NCBI GenBank assembly: GCA_009841185.1
Contig: VXMG01000121.1
Span: 20,271 to 84,270 of the forward strand
Reading direction: 5' to 3'
DNA length: 64,000 nucleotides
Source: Gammaproteobacteria bacterium
GTDB lineage: Bacteria > Gemmatimonadota > Gemmatimonadetes > Longimicrobiales > Gaopeijiaceae
In this document: in pieces, positions 46,163 through 56,406 of the stretch
Position numbering within the stretch: position 1 is the stretch's first letter
Layout: each line of letters begins with the position of its first letter
Notes under the pieces: model-generated
Told to the model about the DNA's origin: nothing
Database searches by the model: none
Seen by the model: the letters and a program-made list of their open reading frames with translations, nothing else
Translations under genes and position numbers: made by a program

Positions 46163-49100
46163 ATGGATGGAGCGCGCGTTAGGAAGGTTTGGTCATCGGC
46201 GGTCGTTCTGGCGGCCGCCCTGGCGATGGCCGCGAGCAGCCTCGCGGCGCAGGTGGGGACGGTGACCGGAACGGTGACGGACGCGAATACCGGCGAGCCC
46301 ATCGCCACCGTTCAGGTCCACATCCCCGACCTGCAGCTCGGCATGCTGACGAACGCCGATGGGGCCTACGCGCTCCCGAACGTGCCCGTCGGCCAGTACG
46401 AGATCCGCGCGGAACTCATCGGTCGCCAGACCGACGCCCAGGTCATCGACGTCACTTCCGGGGCCCCCGTGGTTGCGAACTTCATGCTGGAGTCGCGGGT
46501 GCTGGCGATGGACGCCGTGGTGGTGACCGGGGTCGCGGGTGCAACCCCCGAGACCGAACTGGCGTTCACCGTCGAGCAGGTCGAGGTGGAGACCGCGCAG
46601 ATCGCTTCGGCGCTCAACGTGGCGAGCTTGCTGCAGGGCCGCACGGCCGGAACCCGGGTGATCCAGGGCACGGGCCAGCCCGGGGACGAGCCCTCCGTCC
46701 AGTTCCGGGGTCCGACGAGCATCATGCAGAGCCAGGCGCCGCTCCTGATCGTCGATGGCGTGATCTCCACGGGATCCCTCGCGGACATCGACCCGAACGA
46801 CATCGAAAACATCGAAATCGTGCGCGGAGCGGCGGCGGCATCGCTGTACGGCTCGCGGGCGCAAGCCGGAGTCATGGAGGTGACCACCCGCCGGGGCGCC
46901 GCGCTCCGGGAGGGCACCCACGAGTTTACGATCCGCAGCCAGTACCAGTTCAACGACATCGAGTACGTCATGGGGCTGACCGAGTCCCACGAGTACCGCA
47001 TGAACGCCGCGGGCACGGCCATCCTCGACCGTAACGGCAACGAACTCGACCTCCATAACCGCAACCAGCAGCTCAGCACCGGGTCGTACGCGCTCAACGA
47101 CAACTTCGGTCGGCCCGGTGGTGCCGGCCGCGACCAGTGGACGACGTTCCAGGACCAGCCGATTCCGCCCAACCTCTACGGGGGTTCCGTCTGGGACCAC
47201 ATGCTGTCGTCCGGCAACTCCTACAACACCTACGTGTCCGCGTCCGGGAACGAGGGAAGCACGCAGTACCGCGCCTCGGCCGCGTACCAGCGCGACGAGG
47301 GCGTCATGCAGTTCCACAATGGCGCGGAGCAGACCAACGTTCGGCTCAACCTCGATCAGTCGGTCGGTGATCAGCTCCAGTTCTCCCTGAGTTCCTATGT
47401 CACGCTGCGGGAGCAGGACGTGATCTTCCAGCAGGAGCGGATCGGACTGAGCAACCTCACCGATCTGGTGGGCTACGAGCCGCGGGATCCCACCGCCTCC
47501 GGGGGCACGGCCAGGCGCGGGCTCTTTCTCGGCAGCGACCACTACCGCGCCGGCACCGACCTCTTTTCCCGCGACGAGGACGGCGACCTCCATGTGATCG
47601 GCGACCTGATCAGCAGGAGGACCAACCCGTTCTATCAGCTGGAGAACCAGGACTGGACCCGTGACCGGCTGCGCGTCATGGGCGCCATGGATGCACAGTA
47701 CTCCCCGTTCTCGTGGCTGTCGTTCCAGGGGAACCTGTCCTACGACCGCACCAACCTGAAGGAAGTCAACATCACGCCGAGCCCGTGGAAGCGGGCCTAC
47801 CCCCGGCCTCCCCTGGACGGCGCGATGTTCCGGCTCGAGGATCTGCGGGAGGAGCTCAACGGCAACCTCACGGCGTCGATCCAGCACAGCTTCGGAGACC
47901 TCACGATGCGGACCCGATTCCGCTGGCTGGCGGAGCAGACGTCTTCCGACAACTTCGTGGCCGGCGGCTCCACCTTCTCGGTTGTCGGAGTGCCGCAGAT
48001 GGGGCTCCTCACAACCGGCCTGTACACGCGCTCGCACGCCGAGACGGTTCGTTCGCAGGGGCTGTTCGCCATTACCGCCCTGACGTACAAGAGCAAGTAC
48101 ATCCTCGACCTCCTCGCCCGCCGCGACGGAAGCTCGCTCTTCGGTCCCGACGAGCGCTGGCAGAACTACTACCGCGTCTCCGCCGCGTGGCGCATGGCGG
48201 AGGAGGAGTGGTTCCCGCTCGACTTCTTCACCGAGTTCAGGCCCCGGTACTCGAGGGGCACCGCGGGTGGACGTCCCGGCTTCTCCTACCAGTACCAGAC
48301 CTACGCCGTCGACCGCGGGCGCATCATCCCCAAGCTGCTCGGCAATAGCGGCCTCAAGCCGGAGCTCGCGACGGAGCAGGAATACGGGATCGACATGATG
48401 CTCGTCGATCGGTATCGCGTGCAGTTGAACTACGTCGACCTCGAGGTGAGGGACCAGCTCCTGCTGGTGCCGCTCAGCTCCGCCCTCGGCTTCGAGTCGC
48501 AGTGGCGGAACGCCGGCACCGTTGCTTCCACCACCTGGGAAGCTTCGATCGAGGCGGCCTTCGTCGAGCGTCCGGACCTCGTCTGGACGGCTCGCCTCAA
48601 CCTCGACCGGACCCGTCAGGAGATCACTGAACTCAACGTTCCCCCGTTCGAGTTCCGCGATCTGCGGGCGCGCATGATGGTGCGGGAAGGCGAAGAGCTG
48701 GGCGCGTTCTACGGCTCCAACTGGCTGAGGAGCTGCAGCGAGCTTCCCGGCGGAATGGACTGCAACCTGTTCGACGTCAACGACGACGGGCTGCTCGTCT
48801 ACGTCGGTGCGGGCAACGACTACAGGGACGGGGCCGCGAAATCCCTCTGGGGCACCACGGGGAATGTCGACGGCACGACCCTCGACTGGGGCATGCCCAT
48901 CAAGCACAACCGGTTCGACAACACGCCCCGCCCGCTGGGCTCGTCCCAGCCGGATCTGAACGTTTCCTTCCTGCAGGACTTCCAGTTCCGGAACATGGGG
49001 GTCACGCTCCTGTTCGAGGGCGAGTTCGGGGCCCAGATCATGAACCAGACCCGCCAATGGGGTTCACGGAGCGGCGTCGGGGCCATCGATCAGCGCGGCA

Positions 49101-49453
49101 AGCCCGAGGAACTCAAGAAACCGCTGCCGTACTACGGGGCCGCCTTCCTCTACGACCGCAACAACCGGAACGACTGGTACGTGGAGGACGGGGACTTCAT
49201 CAAGCTGAGGGAGCTGTCGGTGCGCTACACCTTCGACCAGAGCAACCTGCCGGGGCTATTGGCGCAAATCGGGTTCGAGCGTGCCACGGTCAACCTGGCC
49301 GGCCGCAACCTGGTCACCTTCACCGGCTACCAGGGACACGATCCGGAAGTGGGCAAGACGACCTTCGGAGGCTCCGCCGCCATCGGGCGGATCGACGAGT
49401 ACTTCTACCCGAACTACCGGCAGATCGGCCTCGACGTCGAGCTCGTGTTCTGA
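46163..49453 (+). CDS. SusC/RagA-family TonB-linked outer-membrane protein
   Basis: Signal peptide, CarboxypepD_reg, plug 'PLLIVDGVISTGSLADIDPNDIENIEIVRGAAAASLYGSRAQAGVMEVTTRRG', ~1100 aa barrel, C-terminal '...DVELVF'. Confidence 0.95.
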   Translation: MDGARVRKVWSSAVVLAAALAMAASSLAAQVGTVTGTVTDANTGEPIATVQVHIPDLQLGMLTNADGAYALPNVPVGQYEIRAELIGRQTDAQVIDVTSGAPVVANFMLESRVLAMDAVVVTGVAGATPETELAFTVEQVEVETAQIASALNVASLLQGRTAGTRVIQGTGQPGDEPSVQFRGPTSIMQSQAPLLIVDGVISTGSLADIDPNDIENIEIVRGAAAASLYGSRAQAGVMEVTTRRGAALREGTHEFTIRSQYQFNDIEYVMGLTESHEYRMNAAGTAILDRNGNELDLHNRNQQLSTGSYALNDNFGRPGGAGRDQWTTFQDQPIPPNLYGGSVWDHMLSSGNSYNTYVSASGNEGSTQYRASAAYQRDEGVMQFHNGAEQTNVRLNLDQSVGDQLQFSLSSYVTLREQDVIFQQERIGLSNLTDLVGYEPRDPTASGGTARRGLFLGSDHYRAGTDLFSRDEDGDLHVIGDLISRRTNPFYQLENQDWTRDRLRVMGAMDAQYSPFSWLSFQGNLSYDRTNLKEVNITPSPWKRAYPRPPLDGAMFRLEDLREELNGNLTASIQHSFGDLTMRTRFRWLAEQTSSDNFVAGGSTFSVVGVPQMGLLTTGLYTRSHAETVRSQGLFAITALTYKSKYILDLLARRDGSSLFGPDERWQNYYRVSAAWRMAEEEWFPLDFFTEFRPRYSRGTAGGRPGFSYQYQTYAVDRGRIIPKLLGNSGLKPELATEQEYGIDMMLVDRYRVQLNYVDLEVRDQLLLVPLSSALGFESQWRNAGTVASTTWEASIEAAFVERPDLVWTARLNLDRTRQEITELNVPPFEFRDLRARMMVREGEELGAFYGSNWLRSCSELPGGMDCNLFDVNDDGLLVYVGAGNDYRDGAAKSLWGTTGNVDGTTLDWGMPIKHNRFDNTPRPLGSSQPDLNVSFLQDFQFRNMGVTLLFEGEFGAQIMNQTRQWGSRSGVGAIDQRGKPEELKKPLPYYGAAFLYDRNNRNDWYVEDGDFIKLRELSVRYTFDQSNLPGLLAQIGFERATVNLAGRNLVTFTGYQGHDPEVGKTTFGGSAAIGRIDEYFYPNYRQIGLDVELVF

Positions 49454-49526
49454 TGCGGCACCCGAGCAACGGAGCCGCCACGGAAGCGCGTGCGACACAC
49501 GGACTCGTAGGGCAGGAGGGTGAGAC

Positions 49527-51074
49527 GTGAGATTCCTACCGTCAAAACTGCAGACCCTGGCGGTTGCCGGGGCCGTGAGTCTGGTCGGGGTTTCGGCCTG
49601 CGACCTGGAAGTGGTGAACCCTAACGAGCCCGATCGCGACCGGGCGCTTTCCGAGCCCGGAGACATCGAGTCCCTCATTGCGGGCACCTACTCGACCTGG
49701 TGGGACCAGGTGCACGGGGCCGGCGACGAGCTCGCCATGGTCCGGGCCCTCAGCAGCGCCTCCGAGGTCCTCGCGTCCGCGGCCGCGAACCATTTCGCCT
49801 CCGACAACAACCAGCAGCCCCGGATCAACCTGACGAACGCCATCGGTTACCAGTGGGGCCGTTCGCTGCGGGCTCCCTGGATGGAGCTGAACCAGGCGCT
49901 CGCCGCGATCCGCGACGGGGTTCTGGTCATTGAGGGGAGCAACCTCGAGATCGGGGCGGGCGGTCAGGACACTCCACGTACCCTGGCATTCGCGAAGCTC
50001 ATGCAGGGGCTGATCCACGCGTACATCGCGAACGTCTTCAATCAGGGGTTCATCATCGACGAAACCGTGGACACGGAGGCGGCGGTGGAGAGCGCCGACC
50101 TGCGTTCCTATGGCGAGGTCGCGCAGGCCGCGAGGGGCTATCTGCAAGCGGCCCGGCAGATCGCGGGATCGAACTCGTTCACGATCCCGGCGGGCTGGAT
50201 GGGCACCAGCGTCTCGAGCGACGACCTGGTCCGGATGATCAACTCCTGGGAGGCCCGTCTGATGACGACGGTGGCGCGGACTCCCGAGGAGCGCGCCAGC
50301 GTGAACTGGAGCGAGGTGATGAGTCTTGCTCAAGCTGGAGTTACGTCCGACTACGGCATCAACACCGTGCCGGGAGACGTCTGGGACGACGCCTACAACC
50401 TGCCCCATAACCTCGCCATACGCTTCCTCGGCCCCTCGGATCAGTCCGGCGGCTGGCAGGCCTACGAGGCGGCGGGTCCGAGGGACAGGTTCCCCTTCCA
50501 CGTGGAGACGGACGACCAGCGGGTCCACGCGCCCGGCGACCCCCATGCCTCCGGAACGCTCGTCGAGATTCCGGGCACGCTCTTCGGGGACGCCCAGCGC
50601 GGGATCTGGTTCGTCACCCCCTACCGCACCTGGAAGTGGCGGGACAAGGCGGACACCGGCTTCGGGTTCATCAACGAGCTGACGGTGCGGGAGATGGAGT
50701 TCCTGATTGCGGAGGCCCACATCAGGATGGGCAACCCGGCGATGGCGCTCCCCTACATCAATTCGAGCCGTGAAGCTGCAGGGCTTCCGCCTGCCACGGT
50801 CGACGGGGTATCCGGCGACCGCTGCGTGCCCCGGACCATCACGGGCGAGTGCGGCAGCGTGCTCTTCGCCATGTGGTACGAAAAGGGAATGGAGCTCCTC
50901 TTCGACTCGGGCGGCGTCGACTACTTCGACCAGCGCGGCTTCGGCACATTGCGGGAGGGGACCCCGCTGCACATGCCCGTGATCGCCGAGGAGCTCGAGG
51001 CGCTCAAGCTGGACGTGTACTCGTTCGGCGGCCCGGGGAGTCCCGGCACCGCTTCCGGGTGGAGCCTCAGGTAG
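49527..51074 (+). CDS. SusD/RagB-family outer-membrane lipoprotein
   Basis: GTG start. Lipobox 'VGVSAC'. Lies immediately downstream of SusC. Helical TPR-like composition. Confidence 0.85.
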   Translation: MRFLPSKLQTLAVAGAVSLVGVSACDLEVVNPNEPDRDRALSEPGDIESLIAGTYSTWWDQVHGAGDELAMVRALSSASEVLASAAANHFASDNNQQPRINLTNAIGYQWGRSLRAPWMELNQALAAIRDGVLVIEGSNLEIGAGGQDTPRTLAFAKLMQGLIHAYIANVFNQGFIIDETVDTEAAVESADLRSYGEVAQAARGYLQAARQIAGSNSFTIPAGWMGTSVSSDDLVRMINSWEARLMTTVARTPEERASVNWSEVMSLAQAGVTSDYGINTVPGDVWDDAYNLPHNLAIRFLGPSDQSGGWQAYEAAGPRDRFPFHVETDDQRVHAPGDPHASGTLVEIPGTLFGDAQRGIWFVTPYRTWKWRDKADTGFGFINELTVREMEFLIAEAHIRMGNPAMALPYINSSREAAGLPPATVDGVSGDRCVPRTITGECGSVLFAMWYEKGMELLFDSGGVDYFDQRGFGTLREGTPLHMPVIAEELEALKLDVYSFGGPGSPGTASGWSLR

Positions 51075-51552
51075 GCTGGATCGGTCCGCGAATTCGCACG
51101 CCCGCGTTGATGTTCATCATGAGTTCGTCGGAGACGCTTCTCATGTGATCCTCGAAATCGGGGGTGGCGAGCGGTGACCAGTCTCCGCTGGGGAGGATGC
51201 CGCGGACCGCGTTCTCGACCCGGATCTCGACGTCATAGAAGTCCGAGCCCCCTCTGCGTCCCTGCACGATGAACCGGGTGCGCACCTCCTGCACGCCGCG
51301 GTCGATCTCGTCGGCGAACGGAGCCCGATAGAGCCAGCGCGTCTCGTAGTAGATGCGCGTGCGCGTCTCCCTGCGCTGATTGATCGTGTAGCCGTGATCG
51401 GCCAGAACCTCGGGAACGTGCAACTGGATGTCGCGGAGCGTCGCACGACCGATGTCGGCCCGGTTCTGGCGACCGAGGGATGCTCCGCACCCGGTGACGA
51501 GGATGGCCAGGGCCAGGACGGCCCATACTCGCCCTGCGCCTGCGATCGACAT
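51067..51552 (-). CDS. Small lipoprotein, unknown function
   Basis: AGGAGG Shine-Dalgarno sequence, then MSIAGAGRVWAVLALAILVTGC (lipobox). The 3' end overlaps SusD by 8 nt (convergent). Confidence 0.65.
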   Translation of the reverse strand: MSIAGAGRVWAVLALAILVTGCGASLGRQNRADIGRATLRDIQLHVPEVLADHGYTINQRRETRTRIYYETRWLYRAPFADEIDRGVQEVRTRFIVQGRRGGSDFYDVEIRVENAVRGILPSGDWSPLATPDFEDHMRSVSDELMMNINAGVRIRGPIQPT

Positions 51553-51685
51553 CGACACCTCCTGATCTGCAGGGGAAGGTAGGGATATACCCCGATCGCA
51601 GCGAGCAGAGCCCTTCCGTTCTCGCCGACATCGCTCGCTGTTCGTATCATGAAGACGCCAGTTTCCCCTCCCACACGAGGTCCAG

Positions 51686-53926
51686 ATGCGCTTCCTCTCC
51701 GCCGCCCTCACTGTCTCCGTCGTCGCCCTCGCGGCGTTCGCCTCGCCCCTGGCCGCTCAGCAGCGCCCCTTCACGTTCATGGATGTCCAGGAGCTGAAGC
51801 GCGCCGGCTCGTGGACGCCGAGCCCGGATGGAGCGTGGATGCTCTACACCGTCACGACCCCGGACTGGGAGGCGGCCGATTCCCAGACCGACATCCACCT
51901 GGTGTCGCTCGACGAGGGCGTCCCGTCGAGCCGGCAACTCACCTACACGGACGACAGGAACGAGACCAGCCCGGCCTGGGCCCCGGACGGCTCGTTCTTC
52001 GTCTTTTCGTCGAACCGCGACGGAGACGACAACCAGCTCTACATGATGCGCCACGACGGCGGCGAGGCCCGCAAGGTCACCGACGCCGGGGAAGGGGTGT
52101 CGGGGTTTGCGTTCAGCCCGGACGGGCAGTGGCTGGTGTACCGTTCCGGCGAGAGCGACCGGGAGCAACTGTACCGTCTTCCGGCCGGCGACCTGGTCGG
52201 AGGCGAGTCCGAGCAGCTCACCGACGGCGACGCCGGGGTCGACCAGTGGGACTTCTCCCCCGACGGAAGCCGCATCTACTTCGCGCGCCCCGACTCCTTC
52301 GACGAGGACGAGGTGAAGCGGCGCGAGCAGGGCTTCACGGTCGACATCCGCAACGCCGTCACCCCGCTCTCGAGCCTGTGGAGCGTGGACGTCGCGTCGG
52401 CCGCCGAGCGGCGCGAGACGAGCGACGCATCCTACAGCGTCAACAGCTTCACGCTCTCCGACGATGGCCGCTGGATCGGCATCACGGGCGGCTCGCCCGA
52501 GCGCTACGAGCGCAACATCACCGCGCAGCGGCTCTATGCGGATCTCTATCTGAAGGAGATCGCGACGGGTGAGATCGAACGGCTGACCGACAACTACGAG
52601 ATCGGCGAGGGCGGGATGAGTTTCTCGCCCGACGGGCGCTGGATCGCCTTCTCGGCACCGGACGACATGGAGCGCTACTCGATGACCGAGAACCGCGTCT
52701 ACATCCGCGAAGTGGATGACCGCGGGGGCGCGTTCCGGAAGCTGGGCGCGGACTTCGATCAGAGCTCGAGCGTCGGGTTCTGGTCCGATGACTCGGAGAC
52801 CATCTATTTCAACGCCGGCGTGACGGTGACCACGCAATTGCACGCGCTCGACGTGGGGAGCGGCGAAGTTCGGCAGCTCACCGAGGAGCGGGCCGCGCTC
52901 TCGGTGTCCCGCGACGACGACACGGGCACCCTCCTCATCGGCTACAGCGACCCGAAAACGCCCCCCACCGTGTTCACCGTGGCTAGCGTGGACGACGTGC
53001 CCGACCGCTCGGCCTGGACCCGGCTCGTGGACGTGAACCCGCAGATCCGCGACATCGCTCTCGGCGAGGAAGTCGAGGTGAACTGGCGCTCCTCGGACGG
53101 CAAGATGGTCGGGGGCGTGCTGGTTTATCCGGTGGGCTACGAGGAGGGGACGCGCTATCCGCTCATCGTCGCGATCCACGGGGGACCGGCGTCGGCGGAT
53201 GTGCTTCGCTTCAACGGCGGCTACAACGCGCAGGTGTACGCGGGCGCGGGCTACGCCGTCCTCAAGCCCAACTACCGCGGCTCGCGCAACTACGGAAACG
53301 CGCACCGCACCGACATCGTGGGCGACTACTTCACGATGGGCTACGAGGACATCATCACCGGCGTGGACCATCTCATCGCCGAGGGCATCGTGGACGGCGA
53401 CCGCATGGGCGCGCTGGGCTGGAGCGCGGGCGGGCATTGGTCCAACTGGATCCTCACCCAGACCGACCGCTTCAAGGCGATCAGCTCCGGCGCCGGGACG
53501 ATGAACTGGATCAGCATGTACGCGCAGAGCGACGTGCAGCGGAACCGCCAGTTCTACGTCGGCGACGGCTTCCTGTACGAGGACTTCGACACCTATTTCG
53601 ACCAGTCGCCGCTCAAGTACATCACGAACGCCGTCACCCCGACCATGATCCATGTGGTGGAAGGCGATCCGCGCGTGCCGAGCCCGCAGTCGGTCGAACT
53701 GCACATGGCGCTCAAGAAGCTGGACGTGGCGACCGAGCTGTTCATGTATCCCGGACGCAGCCACGGCATCCCGGACCCGCGCAACCGCCTGGTCAAGGCC
53801 GTAAGCGAGATGGCCTGGATGGACTACTACGTGCGCGGCATCGGCGAGAAGTTCGAGTGGCGGCAGGTGCTGGAGACGCTCGAGGGGGAGGACGGGCCGG
53901 TGGTGGTGTCGGATCCGCAACGGTAG
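51686..53926 (+). CDS. S9 family serine peptidase with a TolB-like propeller (paralog class of 22850..25387)
   Basis: Signal peptide. Repeated 'SPDG' propeller motifs. Catalytic 'GWSAGGHW', 'VEGDPRVP', 'GRSHGI'. Confidence 0.9.
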   Translation: MRFLSAALTVSVVALAAFASPLAAQQRPFTFMDVQELKRAGSWTPSPDGAWMLYTVTTPDWEAADSQTDIHLVSLDEGVPSSRQLTYTDDRNETSPAWAPDGSFFVFSSNRDGDDNQLYMMRHDGGEARKVTDAGEGVSGFAFSPDGQWLVYRSGESDREQLYRLPAGDLVGGESEQLTDGDAGVDQWDFSPDGSRIYFARPDSFDEDEVKRREQGFTVDIRNAVTPLSSLWSVDVASAAERRETSDASYSVNSFTLSDDGRWIGITGGSPERYERNITAQRLYADLYLKEIATGEIERLTDNYEIGEGGMSFSPDGRWIAFSAPDDMERYSMTENRVYIREVDDRGGAFRKLGADFDQSSSVGFWSDDSETIYFNAGVTVTTQLHALDVGSGEVRQLTEERAALSVSRDDDTGTLLIGYSDPKTPPTVFTVASVDDVPDRSAWTRLVDVNPQIRDIALGEEVEVNWRSSDGKMVGGVLVYPVGYEEGTRYPLIVAIHGGPASADVLRFNGGYNAQVYAGAGYAVLKPNYRGSRNYGNAHRTDIVGDYFTMGYEDIITGVDHLIAEGIVDGDRMGALGWSAGGHWSNWILTQTDRFKAISSGAGTMNWISMYAQSDVQRNRQFYVGDGFLYEDFDTYFDQSPLKYITNAVTPTMIHVVEGDPRVPSPQSVELHMALKKLDVATELFMYPGRSHGIPDPRNRLVKAVSEMAWMDYYVRGIGEKFEWRQVLETLEGEDGPVVVSDPQR

Positions 53927-53963
53927 TGCCGGCGGCGGGCCGCATGAACCAAGGCAGGTCGAC

Positions 53964-55052
53964 ATGATCCCGTTGGTCTGGCTGGCGGTGCGGATCGCGG
54001 CCGCCATCGGAGTCGTTGTCGCAACCTTCGGCTACGCCCTAACCGGGGTCCATACCGACGTTCTGCTTGGGGCGGGATTCGGGGTTGCCGTGGGAGTCGG
54101 CGTCGGTCTCCGCGGGGGATCGGGCAGCCATCCCTGGACCGGCATCCTGATCGGCTCGGCGGTCGGCGTCGTCGCGGCGTACCTGAGCGGAGCGATGAGT
54201 GTTGGCTGGGGCGTCATCCTGCCGCCTCTTCTGCCCCTGGCGGTCGGCCTGATCGACGGGCTCGGCCCGTCCCCTCTCTCCGGGTATCGGGATGTGATCC
54301 GGGAGACCTTCATCCTCGCCGTCCTGCTGGGCCTGGGGTTCATCCCCGCGCTGGTCGCGGGCGATTTCGATCTGGAACCACTCCTGGCGGTATTCCCTCT
54401 CCTCGCCATGCCCTGGACCGCGCTGCTGGTCGGCCTCGTCAGCCGGCGCCGTGAGGGATGGGACGGCGCAACGCCTCCGCGCCTGCTGGTCCTCGGCGCG
54501 GTTGCGCTTCCCGTCCTGATGGGTCTGGCGTTTGGTTTCGGGGTGATCCGTGAGGACGATGGACTTACAGGCGCCATGGCGGTCCTGGGGGTCGTCCTGA
54601 CCATCATCCTCTCCATCCTGGTGATTCCGCTGGTCGCGTTTCTCGGGGGGCGCGCCGCCGCCAACTGGCTCCGCCCGCGGCTTGAGGTATACGGCCAGCT
54701 CGCGGCCTACCTCCGGGTCATGTGGGTTCCGATCGGTGGGTTCGCGGTGGGCTATCTGACCATCATCTTTCTCTTTGCGGGCTTCTACGGGACGCTGGAG
54801 CGCGTTACCCCGGGCTCGTTTGCCGGGGCGGGCACGGCGATCACCGACTGGCTGTCCTTCGCGTTCTTCACCGCGCTGGGGCAGGACTTCACGGCGCTCT
54901 CTCCGGTTTCGCTCGGCGCACGGATGCTGGTCGGCGCACACCTCATCCTCTCGGCGGGATGGGCGCTGGTGCTGTTCGCGGCGGTGATGTCTTCCATCGG
55001 CCCGAAGCTGGACCGCATCGCACGACACCTCGCGGACGACGGCCGCGACTGA
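53964..55052 (+). CDS. Polytopic membrane protein with an ion-channel-pore-like C-terminus (copy 1)
   Basis: About 8 hydrophobic segments. The C-terminal helix-loop-helix 'GYLTIIFLFAGFYG...DWLSFAFFTALGQDF...LVGAHLILSAGWALVLFAAV' resembles a 2-TM pore domain with a non-canonical filter. Confidence 0.7.
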   Translation: MIPLVWLAVRIAAAIGVVVATFGYALTGVHTDVLLGAGFGVAVGVGVGLRGGSGSHPWTGILIGSAVGVVAAYLSGAMSVGWGVILPPLLPLAVGLIDGLGPSPLSGYRDVIRETFILAVLLGLGFIPALVAGDFDLEPLLAVFPLLAMPWTALLVGLVSRRREGWDGATPPRLLVLGAVALPVLMGLAFGFGVIREDDGLTGAMAVLGVVLTIILSILVIPLVAFLGGRAAANWLRPRLEVYGQLAAYLRVMWVPIGGFAVGYLTIIFLFAGFYGTLERVTPGSFAGAGTAITDWLSFAFFTALGQDFTALSPVSLGARMLVGAHLILSAGWALVLFAAVMSSIGPKLDRIARHLADDGRD

Positions 55053-55063
55053 GGAGAAGGGGA

Positions 55064-56185
55064 TTGCGCACTACGATCTTGCGTGGGTTCCGTATTGCGG
55101 CTGCCATCGCTCTCGTCGTCGTGCCCTTCGGGTACTCGATCACGGGGATCCACCCCGATGTTCTGATGGGAGCGGGATGCGGGCTCGCGGTCGGGGTAGG
55201 CGTCGGTCTTCGCGGAGGCGCGAGGGGCGGGGCGTGGACCGGCATCCTGATCGGCTCGGTGGTCGGGATCACCGTTGCGCTGATCGCCGGCTCGATTCCC
55301 GGCACCCAATGGGGACTGCTCGGTCCGCCGGCCCTTGCGCTGGCAGTCGGCATGATCGACGGTCTGGGCGGGGCAGCGCTTGCCGGCTATCGGGATGTGT
55401 GCCGCGAGACGTTCATCATGGCAGTCCTGCTGACCCTGGGGTTTTTCCCGGCCCTGGGTGCGCTGGGCATTTTGTCCGCCGTACGTGCTGAGGGAATCTT
55501 GTCCGTTGCCGGGGCAATCCTGGTCGTACCCGTCTTTGCGATGCCCTGGGTTGCGCTCCTGGCAGGCCTCCTGAGCCACCGCGGTGAGGGGTGGCGCGAC
55601 ACCCGTCCTCCTTGGCTGCTGGTGCTGGGGGCTGCGTTGCCGGTTGCCTTGCTGGTCTACCTGTTTGCAACCGGTGTATTTGAAGAGTTCCGCGGGTTCT
55701 CGGGCATCCGATTGATCGGCCGGATCGCCTCGCAGCTGTTCTGGGGAGCGTTGGTGTATCCAGGGGCCGCATTTCTTCTGGGACGCGCCGTCACCCGCTG
55801 GCTCCAGCCGCGCCTGCGCGTGTACGCCCGGCTTGCCGACTACCTGCGCGTCATGTGGGTGCCCATCGGCGGATTCGCGGTCGGCTATCTCACCATCATC
55901 GTTCTGTTCGCCGGATTCTACGGCATGCTGGAGCGCTTCCAGCCCGGGGCGTTCTCAAGCGCCGGAACCGGGGTCATCGACTGGCTCTCGTTCGCGTTCT
56001 TCAACGCCCTCGCTCAGGACTATGCGGCCATAGTCCCGGTATCGGTCGCTGCCCGGGCGCTTGTCGGCGCGCACCTGATCCTGTCGGTGGGCTGGGCGCT
56101 GGTCCTGTTCGCGGCCGTGATGTCCTCCATCCAGCCCAGACTGGACCGGATCGCGCGGAGCCACGCGGAGGAAGCCGAGGACTGA
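55064..56185 (+). CDS. Tandem paralog of 53964..55052 (copy 2)
   Basis: Probable TTG start after GAGGAG (track ORF 54722.. is a read-through artefact). Collinear with copy 1, and near-identical over 'YLRVMWVPIGGFAVGYLTII...LVGAHLILS.GWALVLFAAVMSSI'. Confidence 0.7.
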   Translation: MRTTILRGFRIAAAIALVVVPFGYSITGIHPDVLMGAGCGLAVGVGVGLRGGARGGAWTGILIGSVVGITVALIAGSIPGTQWGLLGPPALALAVGMIDGLGGAALAGYRDVCRETFIMAVLLTLGFFPALGALGILSAVRAEGILSVAGAILVVPVFAMPWVALLAGLLSHRGEGWRDTRPPWLLVLGAALPVALLVYLFATGVFEEFRGFSGIRLIGRIASQLFWGALVYPGAAFLLGRAVTRWLQPRLRVYARLADYLRVMWVPIGGFAVGYLTIIVLFAGFYGMLERFQPGAFSSAGTGVIDWLSFAFFNALAQDYAAIVPVSVAARALVGAHLILSVGWALVLFAAVMSSIQPRLDRIARSHAEEAED

Positions 56186-56406
56186 TTTGCTTCGTCTCGC
56201 TCTCGGAGGATGAAAGCATAAAGAGCGCCACGCGAGGAGGCTGCGCGTGACCCCGCCCTGTGCTGCGGGGGTCTCATTGATAGTGACAATAACGCAGTAC
56301 TGATTGCGCGTTTTTGTCGGTCGCGCGAATACCCTGAAGCGGGTGCCCGCCCTGTCGGTTGCGGAATATAAAAACAGCGAGTACGCTGGAGGCAGGGCAG
56401 TGGGGG

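Noticed and set aside
54722-56185. 487-aa ORF spanning the end of channel-like copy 1 and all of copy 2
   Set aside because: The first ~114 codons are out of frame over copy 1. Alignment with copy 1 places the true start near the TTG at 55064, after a GAGGAG Shine-Dalgarno sequence.
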